Origin: a virus
Lineage: Duplodnaviria; Caudoviricetes
Virus record (IMG/VR): IMGVR_UViG_3300034111_001673
Location: 1 to 58,855 of that record
Length of the DNA stretch: 58,855 bases
Reading direction: 5' to 3' (one strand)
Positions 18,722 to 28,382 of this stretch are shown here, in pieces; position 1 is the first letter of the stretch; the number at the start of each line of letters is the position of its first letter. The notes beneath the pieces are model-generated. The model had not been told where the DNA came from. It saw nothing but the letters and a program-made list of their open reading frames with translations, and made no database searches. The translations under genes were made by a program, and so were the position numbers.

Positions 18722-18970
18722 ATGAAAAAATGGCAAATGCAAGAAGCTAAAGCAAAATTAAGCAAGCTTATAAAATCTGCTGTTAATTATGGCCCACAAG
18801 AAATAAGTGTTAGAGGTAAATCAACGGCAGTTATTCTATCTATCGATAAGTATAGAGAGTTAGTAAACACCAAAGATAATTTGGTAAAATTTATGCGAAA
18901 ATCCCCGTTGGTAGGTATAGTATTGGATATTGAAAGAAATGCTGACGCACCACGGAAAATTAACTTATAA
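18722..18970 (+). CDS. Phd/YefM family antitoxin
   Basis: WQMQEAKAKLSKLI...GPQEISVRG. Confidence 0.9.
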   Translation: MKKWQMQEAKAKLSKLIKSAVNYGPQEISVRGKSTAVILSIDKYRELVNTKDNLVKFMRKSPLVGIVLDIERNADAPRKINL

Positions 18971-18972
18971 TT

Positions 18973-19386
18973 ATGGCTTATTTAATTGATACAAACGTAA
19001 TCTGCGAAACAATAAAACCCACTCCAAATGCTAATGTCATTAAGTGGTTTAATTCGATAGCAAACGAAGATTTGTATATAAGTGTTTTAACTTTAGGTGA
19101 AATAAGAAAGGGCTTAGAAAAAATAAACGATTTAGACAAAAAGAGAAAAATATGCCTGTGGTTAGAACAAGACTTAGTATCTTGGTTTGGTGAGCGTATA
19201 TTATCAATAGATGTAGATGTTGCAAATAAATGGGGAATAATATGCGCAGAAATCACAAAATCTGTACCTGTTATTGATAGTTTAATAGCTTCTACCGCGT
19301 TGCATTTTGACCTTATTTTAGTTACAAGAAATACAAAAGACTTTTGTTATCAAGGGCTTGAAGTAATTAATCCTTTTGAAAAATAA
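18973..19386 (+). CDS. vapC: PIN-domain (VapC) toxin
   Basis: YLIDTNVICE...DSLIASTA...LVTRNTKDF. Confidence 0.92.
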   Translation: MAYLIDTNVICETIKPTPNANVIKWFNSIANEDLYISVLTLGEIRKGLEKINDLDKKRKICLWLEQDLVSWFGERILSIDVDVANKWGIICAEITKSVPVIDSLIASTALHFDLILVTRNTKDFCYQGLEVINPFEK

Positions 19387-19558
19387 TCAACTTCAAAAAT
19401 AAAGCAAAACGCACAAGGTAATAATTTTACACAGTTTGTCATTTATTTGATAATAGGTTTACAATACATTGAATAAATGATATAATGAACGACACATTAT
19501 TTAAAAATACATGTTTTAATTGAGTTGTTATTTAAACAGGTGAAAAATTACAAATATT

Positions 19559-20170
19559 ATGCTTGTCGGTTATATGCGAGTCTCAAAGGCAGACGGCTCT
19601 CAAACAACTAATCTCCAATTAGATGCTCTAAAAGCACACGGCGTACAAGAGCCTTATATCTACGAAGATTATGCCTCAGGTAGAAATGATAAAAGACCGG
19701 GATTAGAGGCTTGTTTAAAATCCTTGAGAGAACATGATGTCTTAGTGGTCTGGAAACTTGATAGATTAGGGCGTAATCTCTCTCACTTAGTCAAAACTAT
19801 CACCGATCTTACTCGGCGGAATATCGGTTTTCGTATTTTATCGGGACAAGGAGCTAATATTGACACAACTACCGCCGCAGGACGTTTAACTTTTGGAATA
19901 TTTGCATCGCTTGCTGAGTTTGAAAGTGATTTAATTAGCGAGCGCGTAAAAGCAGGACTCGCCGCAGCTCGTGCTAGAGGTACGAATGGAGGCAGAAAAT
20001 TCCAATTAAGTAAAGCGCAATTGCGAATGGCCCAAGCCGCTATGAAAAATAGAGATACTTCCGTAACCGATCTTTGCAAGGAATTAAAAATAACACGCAG
20101 TACACTATATATGTATGTTAGCCCAACAGGCGAGCTTCGCGCGCGCGCAACCAAGAGACTTAAACTTTAG
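19559..20170 (+). CDS. Serine resolvase/invertase
   Basis: GYMRVS, RPGL, VWKLDRLGR, C-terminal HTH. Confidence 0.95.
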   Translation: MLVGYMRVSKADGSQTTNLQLDALKAHGVQEPYIYEDYASGRNDKRPGLEACLKSLREHDVLVVWKLDRLGRNLSHLVKTITDLTRRNIGFRILSGQGANIDTTTAAGRLTFGIFASLAEFESDLISERVKAGLAAARARGTNGGRKFQLSKAQLRMAQAAMKNRDTSVTDLCKELKITRSTLYMYVSPTGELRARATKRLKL

Positions 20171-20267
20171 ATGTATACTAGTATACGCACGCCAAAAGCC
20201 TATAGAACTAGGCTTGGTTTCGTGTTATGGTAAGGAAAGAAAATCGTTTTAATTAGGATAATATGGT

Positions 20268-21086
20268 ATGACAGATATAGATAATGAAGTGAAGTTAACT
20301 ATAAAACTAAATAATAATCAACCTGTTGAATTAAATCAACTTACTGCTGCTTTAAATGCTCTAGGCAATCAATACGATGCTTTTTTAAAAAGAAGTGAAT
20401 CATTTGATTATAACAAGAACCAAAGAAAGTTATATATATCTAAATTAGAAAGTGGTTCTATATATGCAGAATTAATACCTGTAGTGATGGAGACAATTAA
20501 CCAAGCAAATTCTATAATAGAATTTAGTTCTTATTTAAAAAACTGTTACGACTATTTTCTAGGTACTACAAGAGAAACAAAATATATATTAACTAAGAAG
20601 GATATTGTAGAATTATCAGATATAATCAATCCAACAGCAAATGATTATGGGAGTAATTTAGTAATAGAAGTTAAAGGCAATAATAACACTATTATTAATA
20701 ATATAATCACTGTTGATTCTACTAAAGCCAATGCAATACAAAATGGTTTAAATAAAAAATCAGCGGATTTAATAGAAGATCAACCAAAACAATACTCTAA
20801 GGTTTTAATGTATTGGGCAAGTGCTAATTTTAATGAGAAACATGATAGTAATAGCGGTAAAGTTATAATTCCCGAAATTGATAAAAAACCTAAAAAAGTA
20901 ATTTTTAATAATGAAAATGATCAAATACTTGCTATGTCATCTAATATAAAATTTCCTAATAAAAACTGGCAGGATTTAGGTTATATAGTAGATGTTCAGG
21001 TTTCTTATATTCATGATAATCCGAACCTGTATAAAATTACTAGGTTGTATGGAGAGGATACATACGATCCACAAGACGAGAATTAA
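20268..21086 (+). CDS. Hypothetical AT-rich accessory protein
   Basis: 272-aa ORF, no motif recognised. Confidence 0.6.
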   Translation: MTDIDNEVKLTIKLNNNQPVELNQLTAALNALGNQYDAFLKRSESFDYNKNQRKLYISKLESGSIYAELIPVVMETINQANSIIEFSSYLKNCYDYFLGTTRETKYILTKKDIVELSDIINPTANDYGSNLVIEVKGNNNTIINNIITVDSTKANAIQNGLNKKSADLIEDQPKQYSKVLMYWASANFNEKHDSNSGKVIIPEIDKKPKKVIFNNENDQILAMSSNIKFPNKNWQDLGYIVDVQVSYIHDNPNLYKITRLYGEDTYDPQDEN

Positions 21087-21318
21087 GCATTAAACCAATT
21101 GCCTTTTATCTCAAAAATTAATATAATGACCTTGTGTTATTCATTAATTTAATCAAGGTTTCCCGCCATTGATTATTAATTTACTCGTAAGTTCAGGGAG
21201 TTTTTACTCCTTGAGCTTTTTTTTAAACCAATCCTTACTTTTTTAATCGGACTTCATCGTTTTAAGCCTTGACAAATAAATGTAAATCTTATACTATAAG
21301 GATATGAGGTAACTTATT

Positions 21319-22215
21319 ATGAATTTATTACAATTATTTACAAAATTCCAAGATAATCAGCAGGCTATAGAATATTTAGAGCAAATACGTTGGAAAGATG
21401 AAGTTATTTGTACAAAATGCGGCTCAAATAAAACCTGTAAACATCGAGAAAAAACTAAAACTAGATGGCAATGTTGGAACTGTCATCATGTTTTTAGTGT
21501 AACAGTAGGCACAATCTTTCACCATAGCCACGTACCGCTTAATAAATGGTTTATGCTTATAGCTTTAATGCTTAATGCTAAGAAAGGTTTATCTTCACTA
21601 CAAGCTAGTAGAGATTTAGGATTAAGACCTATGACTACTTGGAGCATGATGCACCGCATTCGCAAAGCTATGACAACAGACCAAGCAGAACTATTAAAAG
21701 GTATCGTTGAAATGGATGAGTGTTATATTGGTGGTAAACCTCGTAAAGAAAACAAGAAAGATGATGACGACAGCAAAGGTAATCCTAGAGGAAGAGGAAC
21801 TAAAAAGGAAGCGGTAGTCGGAGCTGTAGAACGTATGGGTAATGTTAAGGTGGAACAAGTATCAAAAATGATGTTAAACGCTAAAGGATTACTTGCTTTT
21901 GTGCGTAAGAACATGGACATCGCAGAGACTCTACTTGTAACAGATGAATACAAAGCTTATAATAACATGGGTAAAACAATTGCTCATTATTCTATAAACC
22001 ACAGTTATGAATACGCTAGAGGTGATATTCACACAAATACAATAGAAAGTTTTTGGGCTATATTAAAACGTGGTATTATAGGACAATTTCATAAAGTAAG
22101 TAAAAAGTATTTACAGCAGTATCTTGATGAATTTGAGTATAGATACAACAGAAGAAACCTAGATACTAAAGATATATTCAATAATCTATTAATGAGAGTA
22201 ACATATGGAAAATAA
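21319..22215 (+). CDS. IS1595-family DDE transposase
   Basis: N-terminal CxxC..CxxC, VEMDECYIGG, TDEY, HTNTIESFW, YLDEFEYRYNRR. Confidence 0.95.
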   Translation: MNLLQLFTKFQDNQQAIEYLEQIRWKDEVICTKCGSNKTCKHREKTKTRWQCWNCHHVFSVTVGTIFHHSHVPLNKWFMLIALMLNAKKGLSSLQASRDLGLRPMTTWSMMHRIRKAMTTDQAELLKGIVEMDECYIGGKPRKENKKDDDDSKGNPRGRGTKKEAVVGAVERMGNVKVEQVSKMMLNAKGLLAFVRKNMDIAETLLVTDEYKAYNNMGKTIAHYSINHSYEYARGDIHTNTIESFWAILKRGIIGQFHKVSKKYLQQYLDEFEYRYNRRNLDTKDIFNNLLMRVTYGK

Positions 22216-22363
22216 AGTGAAATTTCCTGCACTTTCTTTTACTAAATATGAAAGAAACGCTAGATTGTATGAACATCTAACGTCTCTTGGTCTTTATACT
22301 TCTCCTTGTTTTGCAGGGGATTCCGATAATATAGAATATATTATCGTAACAGCAGCAATAATA

Positions 22364-22639
22364 TCAGATTCTATTGAGAAGAGAACCAACAATACCACCT
22401 CCTCTTGCGTTAGTACGCCAATGGATAGCTCTAAGATTATCAAAAATAGTTCTTCCTCCCAAAACTTCAGGGATAATGTGATCAATTTCCCAGCCAAAAC
22501 TTGAAGTCCTATTACCATAACAAAAATAATGTATTTCGTTATCATGATAATCTAAAGCAAATAAATCGTGCGATTTACCTTTTATTGCTTTCGTAGATTT
22601 GAGCCAAATATATTTTTTGTCTTTTTCGCTATATTGCAT
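22364..22639 (-). CDS. Small HNH endonuclease-family passenger protein
   Basis: GWEIDHIIP..LGG....NLRAIHWRTN. Confidence 0.75.
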   Translation of the reverse strand: MQYSEKDKKYIWLKSTKAIKGKSHDLFALDYHDNEIHYFCYGNRTSSFGWEIDHIIPEVLGGRTIFDNLRAIHWRTNARGGGIVGSLLNRI

Positions 22640-22790
22640 ATAAATTACCTCATGAATTGAAGTAACTACCTTGACTACATAAAAAATATGAGATATATGT
22701 AAGATGTAATCTAAGCAGTTACAAAGTTAAATGCTAGCTAAAAACCACTTTAGCTAGCCCGCCTTTTATATCATGAGAATTATTATCTAG

Positions 22791-23156
22791 TCAAGACTTA
22801 AAACGATGAAGTCCGTTTTTAATATATCCAATTTTGCAGTGAGATTCATTTTGAAGAAACTTCATACCTTCATATAATTGCACTTCCTTATAATCAAGAA
22901 TCTTGCCGTAAAATGAGATTGCCTGATTGATTAGACCTTGACGTGCTATCTCAAATAAAGACTCAGTTACTTTGCTTTTGTTGATATTAACATAATCGGC
23001 AACAGGTTTATCACTTTTAGTTTTTAAATATACCTTGTGTAACGATAGGACTGCCTTAGATTCCCCAAAATAATCAAGTTCTTCACTGACTGTTCCAATA
23101 ACAGCTTTAAAGTGTTTATAATTGTTTTTAATAGACTTGCTTGGATTTAAGCTCAT
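22791..23156 (-). CDS. Hypothetical protein whose 3' end is disrupted by the IS
   Basis: Last codons lie inside the right inverted repeat; removing the IS restores ...IKKVRIGLKKSSRSKNSLNLRVN*. Confidence 0.6.
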   Translation of the reverse strand: MSLNPSKSIKNNYKHFKAVIGTVSEELDYFGESKAVLSLHKVYLKTKSDKPVADYVNINKSKVTESLFEIARQGLINQAISFYGKILDYKEVQLYEGMKFLQNESHCKIGYIKNGLHRFKS

Positions 23157-23165
23157 AACAACCTC

Positions 23166-24254
23166 TTAATTATTACTTGAATTTTCAAATTTCAATTTGT
23201 CTAGCATTCCAAGGCACGATAACCTTTGAAAACCATCTGTAGTCCTATTCTCTAAGTCATACGCCTTGAGCTCCTGTTCTCCGAATATCTTAGTTTTTCT
23301 TGGAGCTTCCTCCTTGGGAATATTAGCTTTTATGCGGAAGTTATCATTGCTAGTTTTAACAGCGTCTCGCATCTCAAATCGCAGACACTTACCGAAATAT
23401 GCCATAAACTGCGCTTTCGAGCAAAACCTATTATCTCGCCGTTTTGACATTGAGAGGAGTATTTCGTTCATTGCATTTAGGCTAAAGTCTCGTCCTGACA
23501 GGCTTTGTAGTTTAGTGCAGTCCTCTTTTATCAATGGGTAGTGATGGCTTAATGATTGAGGCTCTTTGTACTGGTTAAAACGATAAATTCTTGCCTTTGC
23601 CTGTGCCATAGTAGGCTTTTTCCGCTTATTAGAGGGTCTTTTTTTGAGTTTAGTGGGGGTAGTAGGTGAAAATTCTCTAATTTGAGGTTCTGTATTTTCC
23701 TCAAGTTTACCACTTTCAAAATTTTGTAAAAAATTAGATTCCAGATCTATATCTTCAATATCTTTATTTTCATATATATAGAGAGGGTCGTTTTCTCGGG
23801 ACATAAATGTCCCGACAGAATTTTCTACACAAGTAATATTTTCAAGGTTTTGCTCCTTATAACTAAACTCGTAACTATAACGATATTTTTTGTCATTATG
23901 AGTAATAGAATTATGATAAGTAATATCTAATATATGTGCTAGTTCTTCGATAATTCTTACATTCTGTCTTCTTTCAACGAATGTAAAAGTAGAAATATAT
24001 TTGTGATTTAGGAGTACTCTTTCACCTTTAATTAGTTTTCCCATAACTGCACTAAGTAATTTATTGGCGGGGTTACTAAGAAAAAAGGACTTTTGACGAA
24101 CGGGCTTAACCTTTTTATTAGCTCTATTTATCTTATCCCAAGGTAAATAATGTTTACGATAGCGGGATTTTTCTTCCTTAAATGAGTAGAGTTTGCATAG
24201 CTGGTCTTGGTATGATTCCGTAAAGGTTAATTTTTGCTCTTGTTGTTTTGCCAT
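23166..24254 (-). CDS. Putative replication initiator 2
   Basis: N-terminus aligns by eye with 13052..14497; internal palindrome CGGGACAT-AA-ATGTCCCG at 23797..23814. Confidence 0.6.
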   Translation of the reverse strand: MAKQQEQKLTFTESYQDQLCKLYSFKEEKSRYRKHYLPWDKINRANKKVKPVRQKSFFLSNPANKLLSAVMGKLIKGERVLLNHKYISTFTFVERRQNVRIIEELAHILDITYHNSITHNDKKYRYSYEFSYKEQNLENITCVENSVGTFMSRENDPLYIYENKDIEDIDLESNFLQNFESGKLEENTEPQIREFSPTTPTKLKKRPSNKRKKPTMAQAKARIYRFNQYKEPQSLSHHYPLIKEDCTKLQSLSGRDFSLNAMNEILLSMSKRRDNRFCSKAQFMAYFGKCLRFEMRDAVKTSNDNFRIKANIPKEEAPRKTKIFGEQELKAYDLENRTTDGFQRLSCLGMLDKLKFENSSNN

Positions 24255-24282
24255 ATTCCTTAAAAATTGTTAGTAATTTATA

Positions 24283-24377
24283 ATTTTTAAAGAAAAACAC
24301 TTGACTATTAGGTAATATTATCCTATTCTCACAGTTGGTTATTTCTGTGAGTTTTTTGTGTGTTTTTCTTTAAAAAT
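24283..24377. promoter_or_regulatory. 18-bp inverted repeat enclosing a counter-oriented promoter and a small terminator in the rep leader
   Basis: ATTTTTAAAGAAAAACAC / GTGTTTTTCTTTAAAAAT; TTGACT-17-TATTCT at 24301..24329; CTCACAG/CTGTGAG followed by T6. Confidence 0.55.
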
Positions 24378-24540
24378 AAACGCTCGCTCCTATCGAATGA
24401 AAATTCTCAATTACATAATCTCTCCAGTCTTGTAAAATAAAAAAAATACTACTATTTATAGTAATAAATACTATTTGTTTTTTGTCAATTGCTTTTTTTG
24501 TAATTAATGAGTATATATCAATGTTTGAATTGGTGTAGAT

Positions 24541-24843
24541 ATGGATATGAATATTATGGAACAATATAAAAAAGCTATAAATTTTACTGGAGACCTATCT
24601 AAAGGTCAAAAAATTATAATGAACAATATAGTTTCTTTTGGACAAGACAAAGGAGTAACGGTCGAGACTATTAAAAAAATTACGGATATATCAAGACAAG
24701 CTGCAAGCGTTCATTTACAAAGATTAATGAAAAGAAATTTTGTTTTTAGAAAAAAAGATAGAATATATAAATATATTGCTAACGAAGACAGGTTAAATGA
24801 GCTGTTAAGAGAATATTTAATAGCAGAGAAATTAAAAAAATAA
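24541..24843 (+). CDS. Winged-HTH transcriptional regulator (MarR/ArsR-like)
   Basis: TVETIKKITDISRQAASVHLQRLMKRNFV. Confidence 0.75.
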   Translation: MDMNIMEQYKKAINFTGDLSKGQKIIMNNIVSFGQDKGVTVETIKKITDISRQAASVHLQRLMKRNFVFRKKDRIYKYIANEDRLNELLREYLIAEKLKK

Positions 24844-24894
24844 TTGCTTTTTTTGTAATTATTTGTTGACAAGTTAGGTTTTTCCCTCTATACT
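24842..24894 (+). promoter_or_regulatory. Sigma70-type promoter with adjacent operator-like 20-mer (second copy at 24487..24506)
   Basis: TTGACA(24866)-17-TATACT(24889); AATTGCTTTTTTTGTAATTA is repeated exactly. Confidence 0.65.
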
Positions 24895-25026
24895 CACATC
24901 ATAAGGCATAAAAAAACGCCTTAAGTTTGCACCTTAAGACGTTTTGGAATCCTTATATAAAGCTGTAAGAATTTTCCAGTTTCAACGCTAAAAATTCTTA
25001 CTTTTTCTCAATAAATTAAAAAGAGA

Positions 25027-25713
25027 TTGTATATGCAAAATATCTCAACGCTACCATTATGTCAAGGTAGAAATTCTTACGAAAAAAATCGTAAAAACAT
25101 TAATAATCTAGCAAGTTATGGTACAATAGAACCAGTAAATTGCGAATTATCTGCTGTGTCACGACTTGAAGAACTAAGCGTTGCCAAGGCTAAAGAAGCT
25201 TTAAGGCAAATGTTGATCTCACCAAAGGAAGCTTTACAAGTTCTAAAAAATTTAGAAGCTAAGAAGGAGGCTATAAGAATTTTTGAAAAAAGAAACCAAT
25301 CTAAAGAAAATCTAGAAAAAATAATAGATCAGCTGCCTGCTAATATCACGGATAAGCCTAAGTTTCACGAGGCTAAAAGTGAACCTGTAGAATTATCAGC
25401 ATCTAGCAAAGAAACATTTGCTAGAATTGGCGAACGAGCAAGAGAAGCGTTTATAGAAGAGCAGATTGAGAGAGCTATGTTTTATAACATTCCCTATAAA
25501 AGTTATGGCGAGAATTACTACCAATTAATGGTTGATATTGATAAATACGAGTATTTACTCGAGAAAGCAAACGACTATTGTATAGATTGGGATAGTAGCG
25601 AATATGACCCAGTAGCTCTAGAGCAGACAATAGAGGAGGCAGAGTATAATGCTTACATACATGATCAAAGCTTGCGCTCTTATTATTTACAATCAAGGGG
25701 GGTAGAGGTTTAA
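25027..25713 (+). CDS. Hypothetical protein
   Basis: 228-aa ORF at the start of the recombination operon. Confidence 0.6.
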   Translation: MYMQNISTLPLCQGRNSYEKNRKNINNLASYGTIEPVNCELSAVSRLEELSVAKAKEALRQMLISPKEALQVLKNLEAKKEAIRIFEKRNQSKENLEKIIDQLPANITDKPKFHEAKSEPVELSASSKETFARIGERAREAFIEEQIERAMFYNIPYKSYGENYYQLMVDIDKYEYLLEKANDYCIDWDSSEYDPVALEQTIEEAEYNAYIHDQSLRSYYLQSRGVEV

Positions 25714-25714
25714 G

Positions 25715-25966
25715 ATGTCAGTAATAAAAGATCGTTTTATTCCGAAAGAAGAGTTTATGAGGTTGCTATTTACTAAAATTGATGGTGTAGATACGCACGA
25801 ATTGTCAATGTGGCTTAAGTCTCAAACCAATAATGAATGGGTAGTAGTTCCAAAAACTTTTTGTGATTTATTGTTACAATTTATTGAGGGATTTAATAAA
25901 TATAATTTTCTTGTAATTGAAAAAGAAACATTAGAAACATTTGAGAATTTAAAAAAATATTTATAG
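25715..25966 (+). CDS. Hypothetical protein
   Basis: Coupled ORF with RBS. Confidence 0.5.
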   Translation: MSVIKDRFIPKEEFMRLLFTKIDGVDTHELSMWLKSQTNNEWVVVPKTFCDLLLQFIEGFNKYNFLVIEKETLETFENLKKYL

Positions 25967-26022
25967 GAATACATTAAACTATTAATACAGAAAGTTATAA
26001 ATAAAGAAATAATGGTATTAGT

Positions 26023-26931
26023 ATGGAAAACAAGCAACAATGGCTAAGGGAGCGTAAGAATTACTTGGGTGGAAGTGATCTAGGTGCTATCGCAGGACTT
26101 AACCCTTATAGGACTGCTCTTGACGTATACTTAGATAAAACCAGCGATGACATAACCGAAGAGACTAACGCTGCAATGAGGTGGGGCAACCTTTTAGAAG
26201 ATGTGGTTGCTAAGGCTTATAGTGAGGATACTGGCTATGATGTGGAAATAGAGCCAAACACGATTTATCATCCTGAATATTCATTTTTAGCAGCTAATAT
26301 TGATCGGTGGGCAGATAATAAAAGGCGTATTCTTGAATGTAAAACTGCTTCGTTTCTTAAAGCTAAAGAATGGGGCGACTTAGGGACTGACCAAATCCCC
26401 GAGTCCTATCTTATTCAAAACGCTACATATTCGGCAGTTTGTAATGTTCCAGTAGTTGATACAGCAGTACTCATCGGAGGTCAAGATTTTAGAATATACA
26501 CGTATAATAGAAATAAGGAGTTAGAGGAAAAGCTAATTAAAATAGCCTGTAATTTCTGGCATAACCATATAGAAAAAAGAATCCCGCCTAAATGTGTGAG
26601 TACTAGGGATACATTTAATTTATTTCCACAAAGTAACCATCACGAAATAGTAGCGGAAAGTAACATTTTGGAAAAATGGGAACAACTTAAAGCGGCTAAG
26701 GAGGAAGAAAATAGGATAGCTGATACCATTGAGAAATTAAAGACCGATATACAGGAATTTATGAGAGATTATGATGTACTAATAGACATTAACGGCAATG
26801 TGATAGCCACATGGAAAAACACTGTTCCGAGGTCTCTTGTGAACGTCAATAAACTAAAGGAAATGTTTAAGGACGCATACGAACAATGTCTAAACACAGG
26901 AAAGCAATCAAGAATGTTTTTAATTAAGTGA
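26023..26931 (+). CDS. yqaJ: YqaJ/lambda-exonuclease family recombination nuclease
   Basis: WLRERKNYLGGSD...WGNLLE...ANIDR...ILECKT. Confidence 0.92.
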   Translation: MENKQQWLRERKNYLGGSDLGAIAGLNPYRTALDVYLDKTSDDITEETNAAMRWGNLLEDVVAKAYSEDTGYDVEIEPNTIYHPEYSFLAANIDRWADNKRRILECKTASFLKAKEWGDLGTDQIPESYLIQNATYSAVCNVPVVDTAVLIGGQDFRIYTYNRNKELEEKLIKIACNFWHNHIEKRIPPKCVSTRDTFNLFPQSNHHEIVAESNILEKWEQLKAAKEEENRIADTIEKLKTDIQEFMRDYDVLIDINGNVIATWKNTVPRSLVNVNKLKEMFKDAYEQCLNTGKQSRMFLIK

Positions 26932-27047
26932 GGTAACAATGGTTTGTAATATTCACTTTATGGCATACGCAGTATTAATATTGGCTACTAGTATATGGAT
27001 AACAGTTTTGTATAGAGATTTTAACAAGAAAATAGAAGAGGAGGAGG

Positions 27048-27284
27048 TTGAAGAAAATGAGTAATACAAGCTATATTCATACAGGAAAAATCAAATTTTA
27101 TAACGAAGAAAAAGGCTATGGCTTTATTATTGACGATGACGATCATGATGAAGAATATTTTTTTAATAAAACACAAGCTTTTAATGCAGGTATTGGACCG
27201 AAAGATATAGGAGCTAGTGTCTCTTATTTACTGGATTACGACAAAGAAAAGCACAGATATAAGGTTATTAATTTAGAAATGTAA
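27048..27284 (+). CDS. Cold-shock domain protein
   Basis: GKIKFYNEEKGYGFI (RNP1), EYFF (RNP2-like). Confidence 0.8.
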   Translation: MKKMSNTSYIHTGKIKFYNEEKGYGFIIDDDDHDEEYFFNKTQAFNAGIGPKDIGASVSYLLDYDKEKHRYKVINLEM

Positions 27285-27305
27285 TTAAAAGAAAGGATAT
27301 AGAAA

Positions 27306-28205
27306 ATGAGTAATATAGCAGTAAAAACAACGTTATTAACACCGAGTAATTTAAAAGAAGCTATGGAGTATGCTACTATTATAGCAAATAGTGCTATGGT
27401 GCCAAAAACTTACCAAGGTAAAGCAGCAGATATTCTGGTTGCCGTACAGATGGGAGCTGAACTTGGGTTAAAGCCTATACAGGCTTTGCAGAATATAGCG
27501 GTTATTAACGGCAAACCCTCCGTGTATGGCGACGCATTACTTGCTCTTGTACAGGCGCATTCGTCATTTGAAGATATCAAGGAGTGGTATGATGAGAAAA
27601 CAAATACAGTTTTTTGCACAGTAAAACGTAAGAACCAAACTGAGCATACTGTAAGCTTTAGCATAGAAGATGCTAAAAAAGCTGGTTTATGGGGTAAGAC
27701 TGGTCCTTGGACTCAGTATCCGAAAAGAATGATGCAGATGAGAGCTAGAGGTTTTGCTCTTAGAGATAAGTTTGCAGATGCTTTAGGAGGCTTGATAACA
27801 GTTGAAGAGGCACAAGACTATCAGGTAGTAGATATGCCAGAAAAGAACGTAACACATGTGACAAAAACCGATATGCTAAGCAACAAACTCGATCACGTTG
27901 TACTAGAGAAGAAAGAAGTAACAAGGCAAGAGCCAAGCGAAACTTTAGCCAAATTCATAGAACTTATTAAATTCGATGACGTTGTACTAGAGGAGGAAGA
28001 AGTAACAAGGCAAGAACCAAGCGAAACACTTTTAGAGTTGCTAGAACTTATAAAATTGCATAACGTATCAAGCGAGATAATAAACAAGTGGTGTAGCAAA
28101 GCTGGTGTTGAAAGTATTGCCGATTTAGGGGAGGCAAGGCAACTGGCTTGTATAAAATATATTAACGAGCAGTATAACTATTCGCAAGATATGGAAGCGG
28201 CGTAA
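27306..28205 (+). CDS. recT: RecT/Redbeta-like single-strand annealing protein
   Basis: GAELGL.P.QALQNIAVINGKP...W..YPKRM...RARGFALRD.F. Confidence 0.85.
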   Translation: MSNIAVKTTLLTPSNLKEAMEYATIIANSAMVPKTYQGKAADILVAVQMGAELGLKPIQALQNIAVINGKPSVYGDALLALVQAHSSFEDIKEWYDEKTNTVFCTVKRKNQTEHTVSFSIEDAKKAGLWGKTGPWTQYPKRMMQMRARGFALRDKFADALGGLITVEEAQDYQVVDMPEKNVTHVTKTDMLSNKLDHVVLEKKEVTRQEPSETLAKFIELIKFDDVVLEEEEVTRQEPSETLLELLELIKLHNVSSEIINKWCSKAGVESIADLGEARQLACIKYINEQYNYSQDMEAA

Positions 28206-28275
28206 GTTTAGAAAATCCACCTAGATTTGCTTGTTAAAATATGTTAATGTGAGCACTCATTTTTTTCCTGTTTTT

Positions 28276-28304
28276 AGGGGCTAATCTTTTAGCTCCTTTT
28301 TTTT
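28276..28304 (+). terminator. Intrinsic terminator after recT
   Basis: AGGGGCTAA/TTAGCTCCT stem followed by a T-run. Confidence 0.7.
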
Positions 28305-28382
28305 ACGAAAAAACATGGATTAGGATTGTTTCCGCTATAATAAAAATAAAGCTTTTATTTTTGTTATAGACTAGAGGCAAAG

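Larger units (their letters stand above)
21248..22815 (+). mobile_element. IS1595-family insertion sequence (1568 bp) with passenger gene(s)
   Basis: 25-bp terminal inverted repeats CGGACTTCATCGTTTTAAG(C/T)CTTGA at 21248..21272 and 22791..22815 (24/25 match); 8-bp target duplication TTTTTAAT at 21240..21247 and 22816..22823. Confidence 0.92.

Noticed and set aside
19559-20170. Invertase-driven tail-fibre switching, or an integrase
   Set aside because: It is a small resolvase far from the fibre genes, I saw no flanking inverted crossover sites, and it lacks a large-serine-recombinase domain
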